Positions 12,240 to 23,099 of a stretch of 64,000 nucleotides of DNA are shown piece after piece. Made by a program: the position numbers and the translations under genes. The notes under the pieces are model-generated. The model did not search any database. It was not told the origin of the DNA and saw only the letters and a program-made list of their open reading frames with translations. The stretch's first letter is position 1. Each line of letters begins with the position of its first letter. Source of the DNA: an uncultured delta proteobacterium (GTDB lineage Bacteria > Desulfobacterota > Binatia > UBA9968). Location of the stretch: positions 64,001 to 128,000 of the forward strand of contig CAVSHR010000009.1 in the NCBI GenBank assembly GCA_963727625.1, given 5' to 3'.

Positions 12240-12460
12240 GTTTCTAGTTTATCGGGCCGAAAATCTCTGCTGTCATGGCGACGGCTTGCGACTCGTAAGC
12301 TTGCTGGAGATTTGTTGAAACCATTGGGACGGCGTCGATGCCAGAGGGCGCATCCTTGGCAAAATAGCAGCCCCGCGCAGGTTGTTGGAGCAGTCGGCTA
12401 CACCACGCCGGGAGGTCAATGAGCTAAACGAAGTACACGGGTCATCTGTCCCGTAGCGCC

Positions 12461-13876
12461 TCAATCTGACAGAGGCAGCGTAATTTCAATTTTGGTGCCG
12501 TGGCCGGAACTGTTAGTGAGCACGATTTTGCCGCCGTTTCTTTCCAGGAATTTTTTCGCCAGCGGCAGGCCGATACCGGTTCCATGTGGTTTGGTGGTAA
12601 AAAAAGGATCGAAGACGCGCTCGCGGTTTTCCAAGGGAATCCCCTCGCCGTCGTCCTCGATTGTTACCTGTACCGCATTGCCGTCACTGTTGTGGGTGAC
12701 CGATCTCGTGCGGATCGTTACCATGCCGCCCTTCGGAGCGGCTTCCAGCGCATTGGTAATCAGCACCATCAAGGCTTGCTCCAAATGATTCATATCGGAT
12801 GTGACGCTAGGCAGGTCCGGATCGAGGACCAGGTTTGATTGCACGCCGGCGTCGCGAAAGCGTGAGCCCATCGTGTCGACCACGTCGCGCACCAGCGCAT
12901 TGACTTCCAGCGCGACAGGGTGCGGCTCGAGAGGCTTGGCGAAATTCAAAAGACCTTGCATCCGTTTTTGCACCCGGTCGACCTGGCGCAAGATGTTCTG
13001 TAAATTATTCCGCGTTTTAGGATTCGTCTCCGCCCCGTCGCCGGAGTCGGATTCGAGCAGTGCGACCTGGGCCGCGGCCCGAATCGACGATAGCGGATTA
13101 CCGATGCCATGAGCCACCGCGCCAGCCATTTCGCCCACCGCCGCCATACGTTGGGAGGCAATCAGCTCGGTTTGCATCTTAAGCAGTTTCATTTGCTGCT
13201 CATCTATCTGGCGTGCGGCTTGGCGCATGATCGCAAACAAGGAAAAATAGACCAGCAAGCCGCCGCCGAGAGCGCCTAAAAGTACAACGATTCTCGCTTC
13301 GCGAATTTGCTTGAAAATCGCATCTGGGCGACGGTAGGTTTCGAACACGCCCAGCAGTTCTCGTTGGTTTTCCGCATAAATCGGCACATAAACTTGGACT
13401 GCTGTCAACGAAGCCCTCCCCCCCTTGGGATTCTCGCGCTCGCCCATGGAACCCAAATCTGAGAGCACCATGCCGTGCAGCGCTTTCTGAAGCTTGGGAT
13501 TATCGGTAAAAGACTTGCCGACCAGCCGTTTATCATCCGACCAGACAACGACTCCCTTCGGATTGTAAACCTTGAAGCCGACGATCTCCGGCGCCAAGCG
13601 CATGTAATCAAGCAGGGTGACAAACTTATGCCCTACCGACTTGCGGTCCCGGGCTTTAAAATCATAATCTTCGAGAAACTTTCGTACGTCGGCGCGAACC
13701 ATCTGCGCCGTGGTTTTCCACTCCTGTTCGAGGATCTGACCGATCAGATAGTGTGAAACGACAAGCCATAAGACCGCGCTCATCAGTCCAATGCAAAGAA
13801 AACTATAGACGGCAAACCGGGTGGTGAGGCTGGCGCTGGCGAATAGCGATCTGAGCGAAGCGTTAGCGGGCTTCAT
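12461..13876 (-). CDS. Membrane-bound sensor histidine kinase with no adjacent response regulator
   Basis: Two TM segments, H-box AHGIGNPL, N box, FFTTK, GTGIGL; ATG at 13876 more plausible than the longer ORF. Confidence 0.9.
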   Translation of the reverse strand: MKPANASLRSLFASASLTTRFAVYSFLCIGLMSAVLWLVVSHYLIGQILEQEWKTTAQMVRADVRKFLEDYDFKARDRKSVGHKFVTLLDYMRLAPEIVGFKVYNPKGVVVWSDDKRLVGKSFTDNPKLQKALHGMVLSDLGSMGERENPKGGRASLTAVQVYVPIYAENQRELLGVFETYRRPDAIFKQIREARIVVLLGALGGGLLVYFSLFAIMRQAARQIDEQQMKLLKMQTELIASQRMAAVGEMAGAVAHGIGNPLSSIRAAAQVALLESDSGDGAETNPKTRNNLQNILRQVDRVQKRMQGLLNFAKPLEPHPVALEVNALVRDVVDTMGSRFRDAGVQSNLVLDPDLPSVTSDMNHLEQALMVLITNALEAAPKGGMVTIRTRSVTHNSDGNAVQVTIEDDGEGIPLENRERVFDPFFTTKPHGTGIGLPLAKKFLERNGGKIVLTNSSGHGTKIEITLPLSD

Positions 13877-14140
13877 GGACCTGTTCAAACACCCCTTACA
13901 CCGGCACGCTAACACCGGCCGGCGCCACCGGTCAATCGGCGGACACCAGGGGGATGAACCGCCCTTTTTAATGACGAGTGGACGCACTAGCCCGGACTCG
14001 CCCCGGGAGGATCGACATGCTCGCAAAAGGCTCACGATCTGAAAAAATAATTCGAAAGGACTTGTGTGGCGGTGAGCTGCGCGGTGTCGACACCCCGCGG
14101 TCGCACAGCTCAAGCTTTTATCAGTTGGCGACCTTTCAGG

Positions 14141-15166
14141 TCAGCGCAACTTTCCGCCCTCGGCCAAGCGCATCACTGCGTCGATAACTTGGCCGACATC
14201 CGGAATCATCGCATCGACGAGCGGCGGGCTATGGGGCGGCGGAATCGGTTGGGCCGCCACGCGCACTACGGGGCCTTTTAGATCAGAGAATAAATTCTCT
14301 TGGATCAGCGCGGCAAGCTCCGCGGAGAGGCCGCCGATCATCGGTCCTTCATCCAATACGATCGCGCGTTTGGTTTTTGCCACGGAGGTGAGAATCGTTT
14401 CATTGTCCAATGGCGCAAGCGAACGAAGATCGACGATTTCGATGTCGATGCCTTTGGCTTTGAGCTGTTCCGCGGCAGCGTCAGCTTTCAAGACCATACC
14501 GCCACAGGTAACGATGGTTAGGTCTTGGCCGGCGCGCCGCACCGCGGCTTTGCCGATCGGCACGGTGTGATCTCCCTCCGGCACCGGGCCGCGGATGCCA
14601 TAAAGATGATGGCTCTCGAAGCAGAGCACCGGATTGGGGTCGCGGATCGCGGAAAGCAATAACCCCTTGGCGTCCGCCGGCGTGGTCGGCATGATGATTT
14701 TCAGACCAGGAAAATGAATGAAGGCGCCGTGATTGCAACTCGAATGGCTCGGTCCGCCGCCCGGGCGCGTGGCGAACTTGGTGCGCACCACCATTGGCAC
14801 ATTAACCCGCCCGCCGGTCATATAATGATAGCGCGCCGCATGTGACGCTAGCTGATCCATGGCGAGCGGCAGCAAATCGGCGAACTGAATTTCTACCACC
14901 GGGCGCATGCCATTGATCGCCGCGCCCACCGCGAGACCGACCAGCGCCGCTTCGGAAATCGGCGTGTCCAAGACCCGGCGCTCGCCGAATTCCTGCATCA
15001 GACCGCGCGTGACGCCGTAAGCGCCGCCGAACAGAGCGACGTCTTCACCCATGACGAAAACCCGTTCGTCGCGGCCCATCTCATAACGCAGGGCCTCGCG
15101 CAGGGCTTCCTGGACGCGCATCTCTTTAACCGGCACTTGTGTTCCCGTGGTCATCGGTTTAGCCAT
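14141..15166 (-). CDS. TPP-dependent (pyruvate/acetoin-type) dehydrogenase E1 beta subunit
   Basis: GEDV, DTPISE, GMRPVVEIQF, EIVDLRSLAPLD. Confidence 0.93.
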   Translation of the reverse strand: MAKPMTTGTQVPVKEMRVQEALREALRYEMGRDERVFVMGEDVALFGGAYGVTRGLMQEFGERRVLDTPISEAALVGLAVGAAINGMRPVVEIQFADLLPLAMDQLASHAARYHYMTGGRVNVPMVVRTKFATRPGGGPSHSSCNHGAFIHFPGLKIIMPTTPADAKGLLLSAIRDPNPVLCFESHHLYGIRGPVPEGDHTVPIGKAAVRRAGQDLTIVTCGGMVLKADAAAEQLKAKGIDIEIVDLRSLAPLDNETILTSVAKTKRAIVLDEGPMIGGLSAELAALIQENLFSDLKGPVVRVAAQPIPPPHSPPLVDAMIPDVGQVIDAVMRLAEGGKLR

Positions 15167-16139
15167 GAGCCGCCTCCGTCGCCGCGTAAATGCTGCTTAG
15201 ATCGACTTCTTTTTGGGGCAGCGGCGCCGCTTCCGCGCGCTTGGCCACTTCGTTAAGCTCCGCGTAAACCGCAGCAGAACTTGTTGCAAATTCCTGCTCG
15301 GTTAAATTTCCTTCTTGAATTAGTTTTTCCTTGAGGCGCTTGATCGGGCACTTTAGTTTCCACGCCTCGATCTCTTCTTTGCTGCGATAGCCCGTGCCTG
15401 GGTCGCCCCCGAAGTGGCCGTCCCAGCGATAGGTGATGCATTCGAGAAACGTCGCGCCGCCGCCGCTGCGCGCTTTGGCCGCCGCCGCTTGCGTGGCTAA
15501 ATAAACGGCTTCGACATCGTTGCCGTCGATCGTTTTGCCTTCGAATCCGTAAGCCGCCGCGCGCTCCGACAAATGCTTGATCGCTACGCTTTTTTCCAAG
15601 CTCACGGTCATCGCATATTGATTGTTCTCGCAAACGTAGATCACCGGCAGCTTCCACACTCCGGCGAGATTCATCGCTTCATGAACCACGCCCTGGTTGG
15701 CCGCGCCGTCGCCGAAAAAGCTCGCGACCACCTCAGCGGAACCGCGCACCTTCGCCGCCAGCGCCGCGCCGGTGGCGGTGGGAACAGTTCCCCCGACGGT
15801 GCCGGTATTGCCGATAAAGCCAAAGCCCATGTCGCCCATATGCATTTTGCCGCCACGGCCTTTTGAATAACCATCCCCGCGTCCCATGCACTCGCAGAGC
15901 AAAGTGTAAAGATCCGCGCCTTTGGCGATGAGATGGCCGGTGCCGCGATGATAGCTCGCGATCAGATCAGAATGCTGCAAAGCCGAACAGACGCCCGCGG
16001 CAATCGCCTCCTGGCCCCGGTAGGAATGGGTGCTGCCAAACATCGCTTTACGCTGGTAGAGCTCTTCCAGCTTCTCTTCGAATGCCCGCACCAGAATCAT
16101 TTGCCGCAGCATTTGCTTTCGTTTAGCCACCTCAAGCAT
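15159..16139 (-). CDS. TPP-dependent dehydrogenase E1 alpha subunit
   Basis: GQEA, YHRGTGH, GDGAANQG...ENN TPP-binding motif, TYRWDGH. Confidence 0.93.
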   Translation of the reverse strand: MLEVAKRKQMLRQMILVRAFEEKLEELYQRKAMFGSTHSYRGQEAIAAGVCSALQHSDLIASYHRGTGHLIAKGADLYTLLCECMGRGDGYSKGRGGKMHMGDMGFGFIGNTGTVGGTVPTATGAALAAKVRGSAEVVASFFGDGAANQGVVHEAMNLAGVWKLPVIYVCENNQYAMTVSLEKSVAIKHLSERAAAYGFEGKTIDGNDVEAVYLATQAAAAKARSGGGATFLECITYRWDGHFGGDPGTGYRSKEEIEAWKLKCPIKRLKEKLIQEGNLTEQEFATSSAAVYAELNEVAKRAEAAPLPQKEVDLSSIYAATEAAHG

Positions 16140-16477
16140 GCAAGGCTCCTTTCATGGCTCGAAATGAAATGTCTCCGAGGCCGTAGTCTCGTTACTTGTT
16201 AGTTGGACGAACCGGACTTGTCAAGGCAAGGAAGTTTCAGATCGGGTAGGCTCGAATCGCGTATCGCTGTGGAAGAAAGAGAGCGGAAAAGGACGGAAAA
16301 GTTATTGGTTTAACAGGCTGTCACCGCATGCCGTGGGCGCGGGTCAACCTTGACAATCGGCGAAAACAACCAAAGGGCACGGACCGAACGGGGCTGCCTT
16401 CCACCGATGGGGTGCGCCAAGCTTAGGGCGCAATCAAAGGACCGGCGGGGTCACCCGTCGCCGAGCCAATAGCCGCG

Positions 16478-17968
16478 CTATTTTATGAAAAAGCTCAGAG
16501 ACTGGTGGGTATATCGAACCAACGGAGCAAAGTAGATACCGAACAAGACCGTCAGTGCGGTAAGCGGCAATAGAAGTGTAAAGTTGAAATCTGTGGCTTT
16601 GACCGCGATGGCTTTGTCTTCGGGATTCGGCGTGTCAAGGAACATCGTTTTGACGATGTTTGCATAGTAATAAAGTGACACTACGCTATTAAGAGCCGCC
16701 ACGACGGCCAGCGCCGCAAAGGCGCCGCCTTGCTTGATCACCGCGGAGAAGAGAAAAAACTTGCCGATAAAGCCGGCAAAGGGCGGCAAGCCGGTGAGCG
16801 AAAAAAGAAACACCGCCAGGCAAACCGCCGGTACGATCGCACCGCGCCATGCGAGGCCGCGATAGGTTTCGATGTCTTCATTCCCCGCCACGTTTGCGAT
16901 CATGCCGATGACCAAAAAGGCGCCAAAATTCATAATCAGATACACCACCAAGTAAAAGAGAATCGCGGACAGGCCGTCATTGTTCAAAACCGCCAAACCC
17001 ATAAGCATATAACCGGCGTGGGCGATACCTGAATAGGCCAGCATGCGCTTGAGATTTCTCTGATTGAGCGCGCAGAGGTTGCCGACGGTCATGGTCATCA
17101 TGCTGACAAACAGCAACACATGAGGCCACTCGACGCCCGAGATAGAGGTCCAGTCGCCGTCCGGCACCATGCGCGAGACGCCGGGGAAAAAAAACCGAAT
17201 CATGATCGCGATGCCTGCCGCGTTGGACGCAACCGAGAGAAACGCCGTGAATGGCGTGGGCGCACCCTGATAGACATCGGGCGACCACATGTGGAAAGGC
17301 ACAAAGACAATCTTGTAACCGAAGCCGGCCATGATGAAAACAAATGCCATGAACAGCGCGCCTTTGTTGATCGCGCCTTGCGACAACGCGGCTTGAATTG
17401 CCGAATATTCGAGACTGCCGGTCATGCCGAAAATCCAGCTCATGCCGTAAATCATCGTCCCGGAAGCCACCCCGCCATAGATCAAATATTTTAAAGCCGC
17501 TTCGCTGGAACGGCGATTGTGCGGCAAAAAGCCGGTTAATACATAGGATGTCAAGCTGACCAGCTCGAGCGACAGATAGGCCATCAGCAGATTGCTCGCC
17601 GAGGCCATGAAATAAATGCCGAGAGTGCAGGTGAGCAAGAGCGTGTAATATTCACCCTCGTGCACCTGTTTGATCTCCTTGCTGCCGAGGGACATCAAAA
17701 CGCAAAGAATCGCCGCTACCACCGCGATGACTTTAAAAAAGAGACTGAAGTTGTCGAGGATCATCATCCGGTGGAACAACCATCCGGGCGGCGCGCTGTA
17801 AAGATCAAAAGTCGCGATCAGCGACACGACGCTGCCGGCCAACGCGATCAGGGCGAGGCTGCGCTTGGCGCTGACCACGAGATCGAGAGCGATCAGGAGC
17901 AAAATCGTTCCCGAAAGAATGAGCTCCGGATAAAAAAAGCTAAGACTCGCGACGTTCTTTAGATCCAT
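16478..17968 (-). CDS. nuoN: NADH-quinone oxidoreductase subunit N
   Basis: EAALKY, PFHMWSPDVYQGAPTP, KRMLAYSGIAHAGY. Confidence 0.96.
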   Translation of the reverse strand: MDLKNVASLSFFYPELILSGTILLLIALDLVVSAKRSLALIALAGSVVSLIATFDLYSAPPGWLFHRMMILDNFSLFFKVIAVVAAILCVLMSLGSKEIKQVHEGEYYTLLLTCTLGIYFMASASNLLMAYLSLELVSLTSYVLTGFLPHNRRSSEAALKYLIYGGVASGTMIYGMSWIFGMTGSLEYSAIQAALSQGAINKGALFMAFVFIMAGFGYKIVFVPFHMWSPDVYQGAPTPFTAFLSVASNAAGIAIMIRFFFPGVSRMVPDGDWTSISGVEWPHVLLFVSMMTMTVGNLCALNQRNLKRMLAYSGIAHAGYMLMGLAVLNNDGLSAILFYLVVYLIMNFGAFLVIGMIANVAGNEDIETYRGLAWRGAIVPAVCLAVFLFSLTGLPPFAGFIGKFFLFSAVIKQGGAFAALAVVAALNSVVSLYYYANIVKTMFLDTPNPEDKAIAVKATDFNFTLLLPLTALTVLFGIYFAPLVRYTHQSLSFFIK

Positions 17969-17978
17969 AGCCGAATTT

Positions 17979-19490
17979 TTAAAGATGCGGAATGATGATT
18001 TGATTGAGATGATCCAAAGAAGATCGCAACAAATCCAAGACCACGTTGGGATAAATACCGACGATAATTACGATGGCGCCCAACGGTACCAGGGTAAACA
18101 TTTCGCGGCCGTTGATCTCCGGCATTTTCAAATATTTTTCATTGGGCGGGCCGAGAAAAACCCGCTGGAACGTCCAGAGCAGATAGCCGGCGGTCAGGAT
18201 CACGCCGCTGGCGCCGCAAATCGTCAGCACCGGATATCTCTGCCAGCTGCCGAGCAGCACCAACACTTCAGAAATAAAGCCGGATAGACCGGGAAGTCCC
18301 ATGGACGCAAAAAACGCCAGCGCGGTAACCCCGGTGTAGACCGGCATGACCGCGGCCATGCCGCCGAAGCCCTCGATCTCACGATGATGCGCGCGATCAT
18401 AGATCACGCCGACCAGAAGAAAAAGCATGCCGGTAATGGTGCCGTGATTGAACATCTGCAGCACTGCGCCGTTGATACCCTGCGTCGTGAAGCTCGCCAT
18501 ACCGAGCATGACGTAACCCATGTGGCTCACGCTCGAGTAGGCGACCAGTTTTTTGAGATCCGTTTGTGCCATGGCGCAGAACGCACCGTAAATGATATTC
18601 CAGGCACCGAGCGCGCCCAAAAAGACGAACGCCAAATCCGCCGTAGCGCTCGGAAGCATTGGAAAGTTGGTGCGCAGGATACCGTAGGTGCCCATCTTCA
18701 AGAGCACGCCGGCGAGGATAACAGAAATTGCCGTCGGCGCCTCGACGTGAGCATCGGGCAGCCAGGTGTGAAACGGGAACGCCGGGATTTTTATGGCGAA
18801 GCCGATAAACAACGCCATCCAAATGACGTGTTGGAAGCCCCAACCCAATTGATGAAACGGCCAGATCGGCAGCACCGACGTGCCGAATTTATTGCCCTGC
18901 GCCATTAGTATCCGCATGTCGAAAGTGTGCGGGTCGCTTGCGAAATAGAGCGCCAGGATGGCCAGGAGCATGAGAATACTGCCGAATAAGGTATAAAGAA
19001 AAAATTTGATCGCCGCGTATTCGCGCCGCGGCCCGCCCCAGATACCGATGAGAAAATACATCGGCAACAGCATGACTTCCCAAAAAATGTAGAACAAAAA
19101 GAAATCGAGAGCGCAGAAAACACCCATCATGCCGGCATCGAGCATGAGGAATAGCGCAAAATAACCTTTGACCGCCTTGTCGATACCAAAAGAAGCAAAG
19201 ATACAGATAAAACACAACAAGGCGGTCAGCAGCACCATGGAAATGCTCAGGCCGTCAATACCCATGGTGTAGCTGATGTTGTAAGCGGGGATCCAGTGAT
19301 AGTCCTCGACAAATTGGAAACCGGGCGTGCTACGATCGAAATGATTGAACAACCAAACCGCCATCAACAGCGGCGGCACGGTCGCGGCCGCGGACACCCA
19401 ACGAATCAGCTTGGCGTTGTTCGGCAACACAAGCACGATCGCCGCCCCGGCGAGGGGAATAAAAGTCATGTAAGTCAGCACGTTTTCCAT
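17979..19490 (-). CDS. nuoM: NADH-quinone oxidoreductase subunit M
   Basis: FWEVML, HTWLPDAHVEAPT, LLKMGTYG. Confidence 0.96.
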   Translation of the reverse strand: MENVLTYMTFIPLAGAAIVLVLPNNAKLIRWVSAAATVPPLLMAVWLFNHFDRSTPGFQFVEDYHWIPAYNISYTMGIDGLSISMVLLTALLCFICIFASFGIDKAVKGYFALFLMLDAGMMGVFCALDFFLFYIFWEVMLLPMYFLIGIWGGPRREYAAIKFFLYTLFGSILMLLAILALYFASDPHTFDMRILMAQGNKFGTSVLPIWPFHQLGWGFQHVIWMALFIGFAIKIPAFPFHTWLPDAHVEAPTAISVILAGVLLKMGTYGILRTNFPMLPSATADLAFVFLGALGAWNIIYGAFCAMAQTDLKKLVAYSSVSHMGYVMLGMASFTTQGINGAVLQMFNHGTITGMLFLLVGVIYDRAHHREIEGFGGMAAVMPVYTGVTALAFFASMGLPGLSGFISEVLVLLGSWQRYPVLTICGASGVILTAGYLLWTFQRVFLGPPNEKYLKMPEINGREMFTLVPLGAIVIIVGIYPNVVLDLLRSSLDHLNQIIIPHL

Positions 19491-19511
19491 CTTCTGGATA
19501 CTCCCTAGAAC

Positions 19512-21548
19512 TCAGCTCCAGTACCGGATCTTGACGATGATGGCGAGCGCCATGGCAATCAAAATGCCGTAGAGATAACTGTTGATGTTGCCGGTCTGCA
19601 CGCGGCGGAACTTATTGCCGATCCAAAAAATAATGTTGGCGACCGCGTTGACGATGCCGTCGATGATGTAGGCATCGAAAAGCCCGTTCAGCCAGGAAAC
19701 AAAACGCGTGACTGTCGCCGCGCCGTTGACGATGCCGTCGACGACATACTTGTCGAACGCCGATAATAGATTCGCGAGCACTAAAGAGCCGTTGACAAAA
19801 ATAAATTGGTAAATTTCATCGAAATACCATTTGCGGTCGAACAGGCGATAAAATACACCGCCTGCCAGGCCTGAGAAGGTCTCCGGCGACAGCGCTTCGC
19901 GACGGTAAACGAGGTACGCGACGAACGCGCCCAACACCGCCACCGACACGGAAACCGCCATCAGGCTCCACTCCAGGGCGAGGGAGCCGTGCTCTTCGGC
20001 ATGAGCGTGGATCACCGGTTCGAGCCAGTGAGCGAATTGACTGCCGCCCAACACTCCGGGCAATCCGATAAAGCCGGCAAACAGGGCGCCGATCGCCAAG
20101 ACCACCAAGGGCATGGTCATGACCGAGGGTGATTCATGCAAATGTTCTTGGGTATGATGATCCGCCCGGCATTTTCCGTAGAAAGTCATGAACAGCTGGC
20201 GGAACATGTAAAAGGCGGTTATACCGGCGCCGCAGACCGCGAAGAACCAAACACTCCAATGATGATTCGAAGCGGCGAGCCAAAGGATTTCATCCTTGGA
20301 AAAGAAGCCCGCGAAGGGCGGAAAGCCGGAGATGGCCAGCACGGAGATGAAGAACGTGGCGAAAGTGATCGGCATCCACTGCTTGAGGCCGCCCATTTTG
20401 CGCATGTCCTGCTCGTGGTGCATGGCATGGATGACGCTGCCGGCCCCGAGGAACAGGCAGGCCTTGAAGAACGCGTGGGTCATCAGGTGGAACACCGCCG
20501 CGGCGTAGCCACCGACGCCGACGCCGATAAACATGTAACCGAGCTGGCTGACGGTGGAATAGGCCAAGACTTTTTTAATGTCGTACTGCGTCAGCGCGAT
20601 GCTGGCGGCGACTAGCGCGGTTGCGACGCCGATGACGGCGATCACGTTGAGCGTAGCCGGCGCCATCGAAAAGAAAACGTTCATGCGCGCGGTCATGTAG
20701 ACGCCGGCCGTCACCATGGTGGCGGCGTGGATGAGCGCGCTCACCGGTGTCGGTCCGGCCATCGCGTCGGGCAGCCAGACGAACAGTGGAATCTGCGCCG
20801 ATTTGCCGGTCGCCCCGACGAAGAGAAGCAAGGTGGCCAAGGTCACCACCGGCACGCCCCAAAGCGACATATCTTTAATCGACGGCGCCCATTGCACCAT
20901 TTCGCGAAAAGTAAGACTGCCATGCCCCTGCGCGTCGAGCGACCAGAATAGCAGAAACATGCCCAGGACAAAGCCGAAGTCACCTACCCGGTTGACGATA
21001 AAGGCCTTGTTGCCGGCGCGGGCGTTGGCGTGATCCTGATACCAAAAACCGATCAAGGCATAGGAACATAACCCCACGCCCTCCCAGCCGACAAACAAAA
21101 GCAACAGACTGTCGCCCAGCACCAGCGTGAGCATGGCGGCAGTGAATAAGTTGAGATAGGCGAAAAAGCGCCAGAAGGCCTTGTCGTCGTGCATGTAGCC
21201 AATAGAATAAATATGAATCAGCCCGCCGATGCCGGTAACGATCAGAATCATCACGGTCGAGAGCGGATCGATCATGAACGCCATGTCGACCTTGAGCGAG
21301 CCGAGATCGACCCAACGATATATATTGTCGATCAGAAACCGCTTTTCCGGCTCCAGAGCTTTGAGCGTGAAGAAGGCATTCAGGGACAAAAGGAAGGCGA
21401 CGACGACCGGCGCGCAGGCGATCAGTGAGATCGCTCCTTTACCCAGGCTCTTCTGAATCTTGGCGCCCAATAAGCCGTTGATGATCGCGCCGAGCAGCGG
21501 CAAGAAAACGACCCAGCGAATAAAATCGGTTTGAATTGGATGGTCCAT
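19512..21548 (-). CDS. nuoL: NADH-quinone oxidoreductase subunit L
   Basis: GWEGVGLCSY, GKSAQIPL, WLPDAMAGPTPVSALIHAATMV, HAFFKA. Confidence 0.97.
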   Translation of the reverse strand: MDHPIQTDFIRWVVFLPLLGAIINGLLGAKIQKSLGKGAISLIACAPVVVAFLLSLNAFFTLKALEPEKRFLIDNIYRWVDLGSLKVDMAFMIDPLSTVMILIVTGIGGLIHIYSIGYMHDDKAFWRFFAYLNLFTAAMLTLVLGDSLLLLFVGWEGVGLCSYALIGFWYQDHANARAGNKAFIVNRVGDFGFVLGMFLLFWSLDAQGHGSLTFREMVQWAPSIKDMSLWGVPVVTLATLLLFVGATGKSAQIPLFVWLPDAMAGPTPVSALIHAATMVTAGVYMTARMNVFFSMAPATLNVIAVIGVATALVAASIALTQYDIKKVLAYSTVSQLGYMFIGVGVGGYAAAVFHLMTHAFFKACLFLGAGSVIHAMHHEQDMRKMGGLKQWMPITFATFFISVLAISGFPPFAGFFSKDEILWLAASNHHWSVWFFAVCGAGITAFYMFRQLFMTFYGKCRADHHTQEHLHESPSVMTMPLVVLAIGALFAGFIGLPGVLGGSQFAHWLEPVIHAHAEEHGSLALEWSLMAVSVSVAVLGAFVAYLVYRREALSPETFSGLAGGVFYRLFDRKWYFDEIYQFIFVNGSLVLANLLSAFDKYVVDGIVNGAATVTRFVSWLNGLFDAYIIDGIVNAVANIIFWIGNKFRRVQTGNINSYLYGILIAMALAIIVKIRYWS

Positions 21549-21596
21549 CTAATCCTTGAACCCTTGAACTTTCGAATCCTCGAACCGTTTAACGAA

Positions 21597-21908
21597 TCAT
21601 TCTTTCAGAGTCTCAGCCGCTTCGACATCGATGGTATGGAAAAGCTGGAAGATCGCCAACACGATCGCCAGGCCCACCGCGGCTTCAGCGGCGGCCAACA
21701 TGATCACGAAGATGGCATAGATCTGGCCATCCGAGTTACCGCTGCCAAAATGGGAAAACGCAACGTAGTTGATATTGGCGCTGTTGAGAATCAGTTCGAC
21801 GCCCATCAGCACGCTGATGGCGTTGCGCCGGGTCAGTACGGTAAAAAGTCCGAAGGCGAAAAGAATCGCGCCGATGACTAGGTAAGAGGAGAGATCGTTC
21901 GGTGACAT
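21597..21908 (-). CDS. nuoK: NADH-quinone oxidoreductase subunit K
   Basis: MGVELILN, AAAEAAVGLAI. Confidence 0.96.
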   Translation of the reverse strand: MSPNDLSSYLVIGAILFAFGLFTVLTRRNAISVLMGVELILNSANINYVAFSHFGSGNSDGQIYAIFVIMLAAAEAAVGLAIVLAIFQLFHTIDVEAAETLKE

Positions 21909-21910
21909 GG

Positions 21911-22411
21911 CTACTCTTTGATCTCCTTGCGCGACAGCACTACGGCGCCGATCATAGCCGCGAGCAAGACCAAAGAGGCGAGTTCGAACGGGAGCAAGTA
22001 GCTGGACAAGAACAGATCGCCGATTTTCGCCGCGGTCGCCGCGTAAATGACTTTCGGCGTTTTCACCCAGGGAGTTTCTTTCACGGTTTGGATCAATAGG
22101 TAAAGAAAAACACCGACGATGATCAGCGCCGGAATCCGCCCCGCCGCCCGGTTGGTAATCTCGACGTCGGTGATACGATGAGTCAACATGACCGCGAAAA
22201 GAATCAAGACCAGGATGCCGCCGACGTAAATCAGCACCTGCACGGCGGCGACAAAATCGGCGCCGAGAAATACGTAGAGGCCGGCCACGCCCATGAAGGT
22301 GCCGAGCAGGGAGAACGCGGAGTAAATGATATTCCGTGAAAATGCCACCATCCCGGCGGAAACCACCGTAATGAGAGCGATTAGATAAAAAACCGCCGTC
22401 GCGACGTTCAT
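21911..22411 (-). CDS. nuoJ: NADH-quinone oxidoreductase subunit J
   Basis: QVLIYVGGILVLILF, LPFELAS. Confidence 0.96.
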   Translation of the reverse strand: MNVATAVFYLIALITVVSAGMVAFSRNIIYSAFSLLGTFMGVAGLYVFLGADFVAAVQVLIYVGGILVLILFAVMLTHRITDVEITNRAAGRIPALIIVGVFLYLLIQTVKETPWVKTPKVIYAATAAKIGDLFLSSYLLPFELASLVLLAAMIGAVVLSRKEIKE

Positions 22412-22531
22412 AATAAACTGTCAGGATCGCAGAAAGTTGAAGATGTCTTGGGTCAATTACCGGAAGTTGCGATTTGGATCAAGGGGCCCGATCCATGATT
22501 TCCCCCGCCGCCCCGCTTCCAATGCTCATCC

Positions 22532-23086
22532 CTACTCTGCTGCGCTTCCCCCTCCATCTGGCGTAGCGAACTCATCGAGATATTTTTGTCCGATTTCGAC
22601 TTTCGTCACCAACTTCGGTTCGGTTTCGCCGCCCTTCTTTGGCTTGTAGAGATTCGCCGGCTGCGGCGCAAAATGGCGCACCAAACCCGCCGGGTTATAA
22701 CTCGCGCCTTCGAATTCCTGCGAATGGCGGATAGCGCCGGTCGGACAAGCTTCAGAACAGAGCCCGCAATACATGCACTTGCAGACATCGATATCGAAGT
22801 GGCTGAATTTGCGCACCTTGGTTTCCTTGTCCATCTCGATGCCGATCGTAATGCACGTGATCGGACAGTCTCTTTCGCAGGCCAGACAACCCGTGCAGAT
22901 ATCGAGATCGACTTCGAGGATACCGCGATAACGGAGCGGCAGGGTTTCCTGAATCGGCACCGGAATCTTGTCCGGGTATTGAATCGTCATCGGCCGGCGC
23001 ACCAGATGAGACAGGGTGATCGACATCCCCTCGAACGTCGAGCTGATCGCCTGCCAGATATCTTTTCCGTAGCTTAGGGCATTCAT
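22532..23086 (-). CDS. nuoI: NADH-quinone oxidoreductase subunit I
   Basis: Two 4Fe-4S motifs, CTGCLACERDCP and CMYCGLCSEACP. Confidence 0.95.
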   Translation of the reverse strand: MNALSYGKDIWQAISSTFEGMSITLSHLVRRPMTIQYPDKIPVPIQETLPLRYRGILEVDLDICTGCLACERDCPITCITIGIEMDKETKVRKFSHFDIDVCKCMYCGLCSEACPTGAIRHSQEFEGASYNPAGLVRHFAPQPANLYKPKKGGETEPKLVTKVEIGQKYLDEFATPDGGGSAAE

Positions 23087-23099
23087 AGAACCTCAGCCG

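Noticed and set aside
13877-14113. N-terminal extension of the histidine kinase ORF
   Set aside because: It does not look protein-like; the ATG at 13876 directly precedes the first TM region.
16200-16477. GC-rich hairpins between nuoN and E1 alpha as an ncRNA
   Set aside because: No conserved motif identified; compatible with ordinary terminator or promoter sequence.
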